A stretch of DNA of 59,734 nucleotides from positions 1-59,734 of the IMG/VR virus record IMGVR_UViG_3300037755_000523, one strand, 5' to 3'. Position numbers and translations under genes: made by a program. This document shows positions 20,001 to 27,900 of this stretch, piece by piece. The stretch comes from a virus. Taxonomy: Duplodnaviria; Caudoviricetes. Under the pieces are notes generated by a model. That model had not been told where the DNA came from. It saw only the letters and a program-made list of their open reading frames with translations, and did not search any database. The stretch's first letter is position 1, and every line of letters begins with the position of its first letter.

Positions 20001-21862
20001 AGATCAGTGTGCAGGGCGAGCCGACCGGCCATTTTGGGCAACCGGCCACGGCGAGCGGCAATGTTTTGTATGGGCCAGGCAAATTTGGCGGCAAAGCGTT
20101 GCAGGTTGCGCAAAATTTTAGCCCGGTTGCGACCAATACATTTGAGGTTGACACCGAGGGCTACACGATTCTCAACAATACGACGAGCATACTGCCAAGC
20201 TCGTCGTACGCCATCCACGGCGACAAATCCCTGCGTATAGAGGGCGCGGGTGCGGCCAGCGGGATTGTGCGCAGTAATTTTATTACGGTGAGCAGCAACA
20301 CGAATTACAGCGCGTCGGTGTATTGGCGCTGCGACTACAATACGCAGTTGGTGATCACGGAGTACAACGCCTCCAATGTCGTGATTGCCTCACGCCTGGC
20401 CGGCCAGATTGCGCCGGACGGCTGGCAGCGCCAGACGGTCACTTGGACAACTGGCGCAACCTGCGCAAAAGTACGTGTCTATCTCTACCACTACAACATG
20501 CCCGCTGGCCAATACGCCTACGTGGATGCAGTGCAGTTGACGCAATCTACCTATAGCCTGCCGTTCACCGACCAAGCCAGCCATACGCGCGACTATCTCG
20601 ACTACAATCCGGGGGGGGTCATCAATCTGCCAAAGGGCACGGTGATGACCTGGGTCAAGCCGGATGGGGTGACGGGCAGCAATGGCTATATTTTGTCCAC
20701 GGGCACCACGGGCACGGAAATACGATTGCTCCTGAATGCCGCCGGCAATTGGTCGTCGGGTGTTGGCGGAAGTACAGGTGCGGGTGGCGTGGCCGCGGTG
20801 CAGGATTGGACGCACCTGGCGCTCACCTGGGACGGGGCGACGGCGCGCCTGTACGTCAATGGCACAGAGGCGACCAATTACAGTTACACCAATGCGAGCG
20901 GGGCACTTGGCACAGTATTGCGGATCGGAAATTATGTGTCGGCAACCAGCAGCCTCGCATTCAACGGCTGGATTGACGAAGTGGCGATCCTTGACCGCGC
21001 AGCGCCAGCATCCGAGATTCTCGCCATCTATGAGAGCGATGCGCCCGTTTTTGCCGAGACCAGCGTCTTTTCATTCCGCGTCGGGGCGTCGTTGGTATGG
21101 GGTGACAATGAGGGATTGTGGACACGTGACACGGACGGCACAGCCGCCTTCGCCGTCGTGGGCGTGGACGGGAAGTCCTGGGGCGGGGTGACGCTCGACA
21201 AAGGCGACGTGATGATTGGCAACTCGACACACGGCTATTTGCAGTATGACCGTAGCGCCGGTGCAATGAAACTCGTTGACACCGATCTGACGCTCTATTA
21301 CGGCAATGCTAACCGCAACAAAATCAAATTCATCAACGGCGAAACGACGGTGGGCGAGATTCACGCCTACGACTTTGGCAGCGGGGCGGCGCTTGGCATC
21401 TGGTCGTACCCGCTGAATGGCGGCAGCGCGTCAGAGTTGTTCTTGGGTACAAAAACCCTGGCGGGCGCAATCAATGGCTATATTGCCATCCTGGACAGCA
21501 CGATCAACATGCTGGGTTCCGTCAGTTTTGGCGGCGGCAATGTGACCGTTCAGGGAGCGAACCAGTTGCGCCTGAGTAGCGCACCGCTGGCGTCCTATGG
21601 CGCCTGGGCGCATTTTCGGCGCTCGGCTGGCAGCGTACCAACCGATCCGACAAGCACCGCGTTCTTCAAGATCGACCAGGATAGCACGACCGGCGCAATG
21701 GCAACGCTTGAGTTGCGCCAGAATGATAACTCTGAGGAATTCATTTATTTCAACGGCAATTTTGGCTCGATTCTAACCACCGCACTGGGCAGCTATGCAG
21801 GCAGGGTACGCGTATCCGTGGCCGGATTGCCCGGCTTCTACTGGATTCCATTCTATAACTGA
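17063..21862 (+). CDS. Tail fibre / receptor-binding protein with His-rich repeats, CBM-like and LamG domains
   Basis: 1599 aa; HHNQNHVL repeats; WTHLALTWDG...LYVNG...FNGWIDEVAI (LamG). Confidence 0.8.
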   Translation: MTTKRMSYALRRLQTQRFGDALRGKFPAKQTTLVAARVNAQTVQIGGQYYPGAIDDEAASVVNIGRPASAIYGPAGNGGGAVVVLRGGSSEVGGAGGGGDVASHNLNDDTIHIGQLDRTQATFVATDIAAGIATHAALPDVHHARVSSANSGIAVSGSQALTLTLATNPGLEIASGLRLGTPGNSGAQTANQVSTASHAHAIVGYSDGALHPSELTKFDSGGGIAPYYLTTNTINTASGNLTITPAGTGTFTPSAKALGSSVHVPGLLGDGWRISERDGIAGLSHLDIRSIYSDELIVKSFIADIVRVRMGEDWLTYSMGIVTANNTGVNFVTPAVGSSARLYIENSPFVTGALYADNEWVLLDILNRDGGGLVKAYIWGQVSSYIEEADNRQSWLFVNRQGIAGIVVDPGVAALSFGLSGQGYIHRSVVDPDSPFIRVSTWSGANPYTPANRTVHVQIGDLDGVDWSPYFEPSGWGIFADNAYLQGSLVAAAGDLWASTDGLNIQAGNTQGVYSDWPLHLTWAADPAEPTLAGQVFQVWGERFSDTNRGVIETLAGTGTGITNSRVIVRARRVDEAGGAVLDLNAFDIESVINLNAINPDGVTKGRIILNGNVTLGGDTDAIVSAPAIRPSTAGATNLGTAGVPWGTLYVNDIVAETITGTTALGGSIWQYDGNMVIRSVSSSAARTLSIANPGTGLMHVDVEGNITVGGTVDGTDIASFHSDYVTHAGDVNAHHNQNHVLASTVALGPDHSVTGLSAGHVLKALTATSAAFGFLAHSQLSSVTANQHHNQNHVLATTTGLGPDHSVSGLTAGQVLRATSAGAARFVQLQHDDLGGVTADQHHPRVHSIVGSDHTITGSQYQIVGATATNTLGLLTPSFNPGAGAAILRTTTSGGLTLKTLTVQGNVDITTGGDLTVGANILFVDASGTNVGINRAPDPQFDLDVNGNLRAGGWIVGKHAIQVDGATMIVHYDAGDGEKISVQGEPTGHFGQPATASGNVLYGPGKFGGKALQVAQNFSPVATNTFEVDTEGYTILNNTTSILPSSSYAIHGDKSLRIEGAGAASGIVRSNFITVSSNTNYSASVYWRCDYNTQLVITEYNASNVVIASRLAGQIAPDGWQRQTVTWTTGATCAKVRVYLYHYNMPAGQYAYVDAVQLTQSTYSLPFTDQASHTRDYLDYNPGGVINLPKGTVMTWVKPDGVTGSNGYILSTGTTGTEIRLLLNAAGNWSSGVGGSTGAGGVAAVQDWTHLALTWDGATARLYVNGTEATNYSYTNASGALGTVLRIGNYVSATSSLAFNGWIDEVAILDRAAPASEILAIYESDAPVFAETSVFSFRVGASLVWGDNEGLWTRDTDGTAAFAVVGVDGKSWGGVTLDKGDVMIGNSTHGYLQYDRSAGAMKLVDTDLTLYYGNANRNKIKFINGETTVGEIHAYDFGSGAALGIWSYPLNGGSASELFLGTKTLAGAINGYIAILDSTINMLGSVSFGGGNVTVQGANQLRLSSAPLASYGAWAHFRRSAGSVPTDPTSTAFFKIDQDSTTGAMATLELRQNDNSEEFIYFNGNFGSILTTALGSYAGRVRVSVAGLPGFYWIPFYN

Positions 21863-21869
21863 GGATTCT

Positions 21870-22283
21870 ATGACCACCAATCTACACAACTACGAGATTT
21901 TCAACGCGACCGGCAGACCGACGCCGATTGTCACCGCGCTAAACAGCCTGATCAAGCTGCCAACCGCCCCGCGCACCGGCCTCAAAATCCGGCGCATCGT
22001 GCGCGCCATCCAGCAGCAGACCGAGGACGTTGTGGCCGAGCGGGATCGCATTGTCGAATTGCATGGCACGCCACAGGATGATAGCGATGTCGTGTCGTTG
22101 AACGAGGCCGGACAAACGGCGTGGCGTGAACTGATGGGGCTGACATTTGCGGTAGAACAGATCGATGTCGGGGAGATCGAGGGGCTGAAAGAGCTGCCGC
22201 CGCTGGTGCTGATTGACCTGGGCGACTTGTTGGCAGACGAACCGAACACGAACGGTGCAACAAAAAGCCCCGCCGCGGCGTGA
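21870..22283 (+). CDS. Hypothetical protein after tail fibre
   Basis: GAGG RBS, 137 aa. Confidence 0.6.
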   Translation: MTTNLHNYEIFNATGRPTPIVTALNSLIKLPTAPRTGLKIRRIVRAIQQQTEDVVAERDRIVELHGTPQDDSDVVSLNEAGQTAWRELMGLTFAVEQIDVGEIEGLKELPPLVLIDLGDLLADEPNTNGATKSPAAA

Positions 22284-22299
22284 TGCCGCGGCGGGGCTT
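22262..22299 (-). terminator. Hairpin terminator at the convergence of late and early operons
   Basis: AAGCCCCGCCGCGGC-gtgat-GCCGCGGCGGGGCTT, T-run on the minus strand. Confidence 0.7.
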
Positions 22300-22418
22300 A
22301 GCGTTCGACTGAGCGTTCGACTGAGCGTTCGACTGAGCTCACGCCGAAGTCTCACGCCGAAGTCTCACGCCGAAGTCTCACGCCGAAGTCTCACGCCGAA
22401 GTCTCAGCCGAACGGCTG
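22300..22418. repeat. Amplified REP-like element
   Basis: AGCGTTCGACTG x3, CTCACGCCGAAGT x5, then near-palindrome CAGCCGAACGGCTG. Confidence 0.85.
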
Positions 22419-22435
22419 GGCTGGGATTGACAAAA

Positions 22436-22822
22436 CTAAACCGGCCAATAACGAACGATGTCCCTATTGGCTAACAATTCTTCCTTTTCGTGCTGCAAGC
22501 AGGCATCCGCTTGCAACGAGATAATCTCTCTCCAGTCGTTGTTGGTCGACGGCTTGTTGCCGCCGACCAACCGGACGTTTATGCCGCACAACGATAGTTT
22601 CTTCTCGGCTAGCGGCGAGACGGCCACGACAGCGTATTCAGCCAGCTGTGCCTGAAAATTTTCAGGCACATTCACTTCCACGCACCCGATGCCGTGCCGC
22701 CCTGGTCGGGGGGTGGTAAAAAATGCCGCTGTTGAGAAGTCGCAGGCATAGCCTGCGTCGGTATACTCCTTTATACTATTGTATTGAGGAGTATAGTACC
22801 CTCCGGTCGCTTGAAATCTCAT
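22436..22822 (-). CDS. Early hypothetical protein
   Basis: AAAGGA RBS, MRFQATGGYY... Confidence 0.65.
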   Translation of the reverse strand: MRFQATGGYYTPQYNSIKEYTDAGYACDFSTAAFFTTPRPGRHGIGCVEVNVPENFQAQLAEYAVVAVSPLAEKKLSLCGINVRLVGGNKPSTNNDWREIISLQADACLQHEKEELLANRDIVRYWPV

Positions 22823-22887
22823 CGTTCGTTCCTTTCGCCTCTCGGCGGGTGTGGCGCATGCGTGAGCGCCGTGGGTTTGGCGCCCGG

Positions 22888-23331
22888 TCATAATGCCTTG
22901 ACTAATGTCGTTTTCAGGTATCCTTTTACAAGAATGGCTTCGGCGCCATTCTTGAGGGGGACGGCAGAATAACTTTTTCCGTACTCAATTATCGGCTCGA
23001 GAACGAGCCGAACAATTTCCACGTCGCCGAGATTCAAAGAATCCGCGGCAGCTGCGGCGTCGAGCGCCTTCACGCTCGGACAGCCAATGGGCTGCCATTT
23101 GCCCTTTCCGTCATAATCGACGATGAAGCCCGGGGCCTCGAGCGCACCCCGCTCGAGGCAATACAGGCGTTGGCAGTCGTGGCCTCGAGCGAAACCGCGA
23201 CGCAGGTGGTCGCTGCCGTGCCCCGCAATCCATGCGGCCTTCTCAGTACGAAGTTCGATAAGTTTAAAGAAAAATTCCTTGAGACGAAGGAAAAATTCCT
23301 TGAGACGATTGATTTTGTTCATGTTTTTCAT
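22888..23331 (-). CDS. Early hypothetical protein
   Basis: Starts within repeat A; internal 21-bp duplication gives RLKEFFL-RLKEFFF. Confidence 0.6.
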   Translation of the reverse strand: MKNMNKINRLKEFFLRLKEFFFKLIELRTEKAAWIAGHGSDHLRRGFARGHDCQRLYCLERGALEAPGFIVDYDGKGKWQPIGCPSVKALDAAAAADSLNLGDVEIVRLVLEPIIEYGKSYSAVPLKNGAEAILVKGYLKTTLVKAL

Positions 23332-23407
23332 CCTTTCGCCATCGCTGGCGACTATGCCGCGTGTGCGGCGTGGGTTTGGTGCCCGGCTATGTCCCGCCGG
23401 GCTGGGG
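23329..23407. repeat. Intergenic repeat A, copy 1 (hairpins + RBS + start codon)
   Basis: 79 bp, one mismatch to 23678-23756. Confidence 0.9.
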
Positions 23408-23416
23408 CTAATGAGA

Positions 23417-23680
23417 TTATACTGTGCGTTGTCGCCAGTATTCCGCCAGTTCTGCGCTAGCCGCGGCCAGTGCAGCTTCTTCTGTGTCATAGCCGTCAGC
23501 ATTGCCGACGACAACACAGTTGTCCACGAAATTGTGGTCACACTGGGCGTAGATATTACCCCGTGACGGGTCAATACCCGTCACGCCGAGCAGTGGCGTG
23601 GGGTCGAGGAACGTAACATTCCCGGCCACGGCGTACGAGTGCTTTGGGTACTGTGCTACAAACTTTTCCATTTCTGTCAT
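23417..23680 (-). CDS. Early hypothetical protein
   Basis: 87 aa lying between the two repeat A copies. Confidence 0.65.
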   Translation of the reverse strand: MTEMEKFVAQYPKHSYAVAGNVTFLDPTPLLGVTGIDPSRGNIYAQCDHNFVDNCVVVGNADGYDTEEAALAAASAELAEYWRQRTV

Positions 23681-23756
23681 CCTTTCGCCATCGCTGGCGA
23701 CTATGCCGCGTGTGCGGCGTGGGTTTGGTGCCCGGCTATGCCCCGCCGGGCTGGGG
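23678..23756. repeat. Intergenic repeat A, copy 2
   Basis: Direct repeat of 23329-23407. Confidence 0.9.
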
Positions 23757-23760
23757 GTGG

Positions 23761-23967
23761 CTACTTTAGGCCACTTCCGTCTACTTCGAGGCGGCCAACG
23801 GTCGCGCTGTCGATGAAATCTTCTCCCGTCACTCTGACAGCGACTATCAGTTTGGTTCGATGGTCGTCAACCTCGTGACACGCCACGGTCACGACGGCCT
23901 GACCGGAGCCGCTGGGGTGCGGCCATGAGATTTTTTTGCCGATTGGATAAATTTTTCGTGCGTTCAT
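23761..23967 (-). CDS. Early hypothetical protein
   Basis: GAGGAG RBS inside repeat B; MNARKIYPIG... Confidence 0.65.
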   Translation of the reverse strand: MNARKIYPIGKKISWPHPSGSGQAVVTVACHEVDDHRTKLIVAVRVTGEDFIDSATVGRLEVDGSGLK

Positions 23968-24100
23968 CGTCCTAATCTCCTCGTTCCTGGGGCCGCTTCG
24001 TGCGTCCCTCATGTCTCTAGTATACACCCGTTTACGCCCGTTGTCAAGCCTTTTTGGCACGAGTTTTCAAAATTCGTGCAAGCCTTAACATAGCGTTCTA
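23965..24100 (-). promoter_or_regulatory. Repeat B, copy 1: sigma70 promoter, leader and RBS
   Basis: TTGACA-17-TATACT (24047-24019); 136 bp with two mismatches to 25176-25311. Confidence 0.85.
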
Positions 24101-24108
24101 CGGGTGTT

Positions 24109-24486
24109 CTACCACTGCCAGTCCCGCATAAACTCCGGGCGCTCCGGCTCGTGGTATTCGTCGGGACAGACAATCTTGTACCAGGAGTTGAACGCCTCGA
24201 CCGTCTGGCGCAGATTCTCCGGCGTCACTGGACGCTCCCACACGTCCATGATGAAACGCTCCATGTCAACCGAGTCGCCGCCGACGAAGACCGGCCAGTT
24301 GGCGAGCGCGGAGTCCTCTTGCTCCGATAGTGCCGCGGTCAACTCCCGCCACCGCTTGCCGCTTGCGCGGTCGGCGGCGGCGAGCAGTGCGCGGGCACGC
24401 TGCGTCGGCGTGAGCGCGGCCATCACGTAATCGTATTCGGCGGCGCTTAGGCCGCTGCGGAGGAGCTTGGTTCCGTTTCCTGGCAT
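24109..24486 (-). CDS. Early hypothetical protein
   Basis: 125 aa, TGATG coupling to the upstream gene. Confidence 0.6.
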   Translation of the reverse strand: MPGNGTKLLRSGLSAAEYDYVMAALTPTQRARALLAAADRASGKRWRELTAALSEQEDSALANWPVFVGGDSVDMERFIMDVWERPVTPENLRQTVEAFNSWYKIVCPDEYHEPERPEFMRDWQW

Positions 24487-24791
24487 CAGGAGCCTCCGAT
24501 CCGGCGATATAGCCCGCTGCGGTTCATCGCCGCAACGGAAACATAAAACTCATTGCCGGGGCCGTTAGGGGACTCCTGAAAAAACGTCGGTTCTACGTCA
24601 TCACAGAATTCCACCTCGAACACGATGCCACCGTATTCAACGGCTTCCTCGACCTTGTCGGTGAGGAATACAACGCCGTCACTGACGTGCTTGAAGCCGT
24701 CAGTGAACTCACTTAGTTCGCTGCCGAGGAAGCCCTCGGCTTCAATTAGTTCTGCTCGATACTCATCGGTTCCGTGATAGAATTTTGTCAT
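24486..24791 (-). CDS. Small ADP-ribosyltransferase-fold protein
   Basis: FYHGT...EGF...GVVFLT...AVEYG..VFEV...NEFYV. Confidence 0.6.
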   Translation of the reverse strand: MTKFYHGTDEYRAELIEAEGFLGSELSEFTDGFKHVSDGVVFLTDKVEEAVEYGGIVFEVEFCDDVEPTFFQESPNGPGNEFYVSVAAMNRSGLYRRIGGS

Positions 24792-24827
24792 ATGCTCTTT
24801 TGCCCGGCAACCCGCCGGGCTGGGTGG

Positions 24828-25178
24828 CTACTCGATTCCCAATTCTTCTAACTCCTCGGCGTCCGTTTTTGGATCATAGGACGTTTCGTACTCATACGAT
24901 CCGTCCTTTGCCTTCTTCAGGATCACCACCTCGCGACGCCCGTTGCGGTTGTACCCATCCGTGATCCAACCAAAGCTCCCGACACCCTCGTATGCCCCAC
25001 GACCGTCACCTAAGTCCTTGACGATCTCAAGTGTCCCACAATCCCCGCTGTCAATGTCCTCCCAGTCTTCACCACCAGCTTCTATTAGCTGGTGGACCAT
25101 TTTGTCCATGTCGTCCTGTTCCAGGTAGCAGGTCTCTCCCCAATTATCCGGTGTTTGCAAAATATGTTGCGCCATCAT
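24828..25178 (-). CDS. Acidic early hypothetical protein
   Basis: GAGGAG RBS inside repeat B; strongly D/E-rich. Confidence 0.65.
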   Translation of the reverse strand: MMAQHILQTPDNWGETCYLEQDDMDKMVHQLIEAGGEDWEDIDSGDCGTLEIVKDLGDGRGAYEGVGSFGWITDGYNRNGRREVVILKKAKDGSYEYETSYDPKTDAEELEELGIE

Positions 25179-25311
25179 CGTCCTAATCTCCTCGTTCCTG
25201 GGGCCGCTCCGTGCGTCCCTCATGTCTCTAGTATACACCCGTTTACGCCCGTTGTCAAGCCTTTTTGGCACGAGTTTTCAAAATTCGTGCAAGCCTTAAC
25301 ATGGCGTTCTA
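25176..25311 (-). promoter_or_regulatory. Repeat B, copy 2: sigma70 promoter, leader and RBS
   Basis: TTGACA-17-TATACT (25258-25230). Confidence 0.85.
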
Positions 25312-25456
25312 ATCGCAGAACAAAGCGCCCGGCGCGGGATGAGCGCCGGGCTGGGGCTATGTCCGGCGCAACTCCACTGCGCCGGCGCGTTTTTGCACAA
25401 TGTCGTACGCCGCCGAGATTGGCCGGTTTGATTGTGATCAGGGTCATGATTTTCTC

Positions 25457-26362
25457 CTAACATCCGCAATACCAACCGTTCCCGTTCCATTCGGCCTTGC
25501 TGCGCGGCACGCTACAGCCGCACTCCCAGCACGTGACCATGTCGGCGTTTTTATGGCGCTCGATCTCGTCACTGGCCTGGCCCTTCGTCCAGCCGGCGGC
25601 GTCGATGCCATAGGACTGGAGTCGGGCGATTTGTTTCTCGGTGGCGGGATCGTCGCGCCAAGTTTTGGCTATCATAGGTTCCGCCGCCTGCTCTTTACGC
25701 GGACGCCCGCGCGTCTCATCGCGCGCCGCCCATTCCTCGACTGCCGTGCGCTTGTAGTACGTGCGCCCGCTCTCGCCTTGCCGGGTGCGGATGCGACCCG
25801 CCGCGCCGGCCACGCGGATCGAATTCTGCAATTGCGCATCCTCTGGATCGGGGAAGCGCTCAGGATTGGCGCGGCTGGCAACATAAGCCGCGTCCGCCGC
25901 CTGTAGCCAGTCCGCAAATAGGCCGGTGACGACCTCCTCCTCATCCAGCGGTTCCCCGGTCTCGCCGCGTTCAACAAAAGCACGGAGGGCCTGGTAGAGA
26001 TCGGCCACCTGCCAGACCTCGCCGAGCATCACATCGATGCCGGATTCGGCCTGACTCCAGACGTACATGCGACGATCCTCGCCGCGGTCGAAGTCGTCTT
26101 GGCCGGTCAGGACGACATGCAAGCTCTCGGTGTTCTCGTTCGTGCAATCGCTGGCGACGCCAGCCAGGGCACGCATATCAAAATAGCCGTAAATCTGGTT
26201 GACGCCAAGATGCGCGAACGGGATAAACTCGCCGGCTGCTGGCTCATCGGGGCCAGTGAACAGGACGCCGGGCACGCCGTCGCGCACGATGCGCTGGGCG
26301 GGCAGGCGGTCATTGATGGCGATCAGAATGTGCTGTCGAATGTTCATGGTTTGATTTTCCAA
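25457..26362 (-). CDS. Multi-domain putative DNA-binding protein
   Basis: Excisionase-like segment with RGRPRK, PATEKQ...TKGQAS hairpin, C-terminal CxxC...CxC. Confidence 0.55.
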   Translation of the reverse strand: MENQTMNIRQHILIAINDRLPAQRIVRDGVPGVLFTGPDEPAAGEFIPFAHLGVNQIYGYFDMRALAGVASDCTNENTESLHVVLTGQDDFDRGEDRRMYVWSQAESGIDVMLGEVWQVADLYQALRAFVERGETGEPLDEEEVVTGLFADWLQAADAAYVASRANPERFPDPEDAQLQNSIRVAGAAGRIRTRQGESGRTYYKRTAVEEWAARDETRGRPRKEQAAEPMIAKTWRDDPATEKQIARLQSYGIDAAGWTKGQASDEIERHKNADMVTCWECGCSVPRSKAEWNGNGWYCGC

Positions 26363-26398
26363 AATATGGCCCTGGTCGTGAGACCGGGGCCTAGTTGG

Positions 26399-27019
26399 CT
26401 AGGCAATCCGATACACATCCGGCTCCGTCGCCGCGGCCACATCAGCCAGCACGGCGGGCACGTCGCGCACCAGGACGACCACCGGCGCGCTGCCTACTAG
26501 CCGGGGGTATTTGCTGCTCCCGGCGCTGCCTGGGAACTTACCACTCACAACAGTTACTCCATAGCCAAGCTTGACGCGAGCGTCGCGCTCGCTGCGGCTG
26601 GCAATCTCGCGACCCAGGGCGAACAGTTGTGCGCCACTGCCATTGTTGCCAGTGATGATCATCTCGACATCGCACACCTCGACCGGCGTGCTGCCGTCCG
26701 TTCCGAAAACCGTGCGGACGATCTCGCGGACGCGCTCCTCGTCGCGGATATCGAACCGCCACAGGGAGTTGCTGGATTGCCATTTCCCGTTGAGCCCTTG
26801 CGCGCTCTTCACAAGGGCAGGGTGGTAGGGCGAAAACACGAGGGCAAATTTACCCTCCCGGCCAGGCTTCACCCAGATATTCTCGATTTTGACCGTCCGC
26901 CGGCCCTGCGCCTGCGCTTCGCGCTCGGTCAAAATCGCCTGCGCTTGCTCGATCATCTGCCGCAACTCGTCACTGCCAAAACTTGTGAGGTCTAGGACGT
27001 TCGTGGTATTGTCTGACAT
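26399..27019 (-). CDS. Hypothetical protein
   Basis: AAGGAG RBS, 206 aa. Confidence 0.65.
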   Translation of the reverse strand: MSDNTTNVLDLTSFGSDELRQMIEQAQAILTEREAQAQGRRTVKIENIWVKPGREGKFALVFSPYHPALVKSAQGLNGKWQSSNSLWRFDIRDEERVREIVRTVFGTDGSTPVEVCDVEMIITGNNGSGAQLFALGREIASRSERDARVKLGYGVTVVSGKFPGSAGSSKYPRLVGSAPVVVLVRDVPAVLADVAAATEPDVYRIA

Positions 27020-27102
27020 TGTAATGCTCCTTCGTGAGCTATTGAGAGGTCAGCCGCTCTTGGTCGGGTCGCTGGCCTCTCGCCGTTTTGTTTGACAATG
27101 TC

Positions 27103-27130
27103 ATTATATCACGAATTCGTGATTTTGCAA
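27103..27130 (-). promoter_or_regulatory. Early promoter with an operator-like palindrome
   Basis: TTGCAA-16-TATAAT overlapping ATCACGAATTCGTGAT. Confidence 0.65.
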
Positions 27131-27202
27131 CATACGATTACTATACGTTTACCCTACGATTTACAAAAGATGCCCGGCCAGCATCGCCAGCCGGGCTGTA
27201 TG

Positions 27203-27538
27203 TCATCTTCGTGTCCGCCTGCGCCGTGAGCGACGGTGCGTCAGCCAGCGCGGCGGACGGGAAAACTCGATACCAAATTGCTGCCGCAACAGCAGCGCCA
27301 CCAACGGCGCTGAACCGGCGTCGATGTCGAAGCAGACCACGTCATCGACAATCATCACATTGCGCATTGGCAACCGCTTTTGCTGTAGCAACGCGTGGAC
27401 ATCGGCGTAGACGGCACGCGGTACGATAAAATGTCGCCACCAGCCCAGCGCGCCGCCAGTCATGGAGAGCAGCGGCGTGAAGCCGTCCATAGACGAGCCG
27501 GCGGACAGGATGCGGTCGAGTGCGTCATTTTGTGGCAT
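27203..27538 (-). CDS. Hypothetical protein (FtsK operon)
   Basis: 111 aa, TGATG coupling. Confidence 0.55.
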   Translation of the reverse strand: MPQNDALDRILSAGSSMDGFTPLLSMTGGALGWWRHFIVPRAVYADVHALLQQKRLPMRNVMIVDDVVCFDIDAGSAPLVALLLRQQFGIEFSRPPRWLTHRRSRRRRTRR

Positions 27539-27900
27539 CAGCGGTTTCGCCTGCGCGCCCTAGTGCGCACAAACTGCCGCGCCGAGCGCCGGTTTGCGCC
27601 ACCCAGTAGCAACGTATCCAGCCAATCCACAAGCCGGCCGGTGAGGTCCACTCTCCTCGACGCTACGCCCCAGGACGTTGGCATCGTGGCGGCACGTCTG
27701 CCGTCGGTGAGGAGCGGCGACGTGAGCGCCACGCCGGCGGACAGCAAAATGTATTCCGCCCACTTCGCCTGCGCCAGCGGCACGGACAGCCCGTCGCCTG
27801 TTTTCAGTTTGCGCCTGCGGCACGGGATGCCGTATTCGCGCAGAATGTATTCGATTTGCGCGCCGGTGCGAGTGTCCTCTACCCAGGAAAAGTGATGCAT
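27538..27900 (-). CDS. Hypothetical protein (FtsK operon)
   Basis: 120 aa, abuts the ATPase stop codon. Confidence 0.6.
   Translation of the reverse strand: MHHFSWVEDTRTGAQIEYILREYGIPCRRRKLKTGDGLSVPLAQAKWAEYILLSAGVALTSPLLTDGRRAATMPTSWGVASRRVDLTGRLVDWLDTLLLGGANRRSARQFVRTRARRRNR

Noticed and set aside
17063-21862. Diversity-generating retroelement target
   Set aside because: No reverse transcriptase and no adenine-specific TR/VR pair; the internal repeats are diverged His-rich protein repeats
22300-22418. CRISPR array
   Set aside because: Units are 12-13 bp head-to-tail with no unique spacers
23329-25311. Integron or CRISPR interpretation of repeats A and B
   Set aside because: No integrase or cas gene and no attC-type GTT/AAC ends seen; the repeats are promoter/RBS units
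25220-25447. 75-aa ORF running through repeat B
   Set aside because: It reads through a hairpin and promoter; more likely a frameshifted remnant ending near 25357
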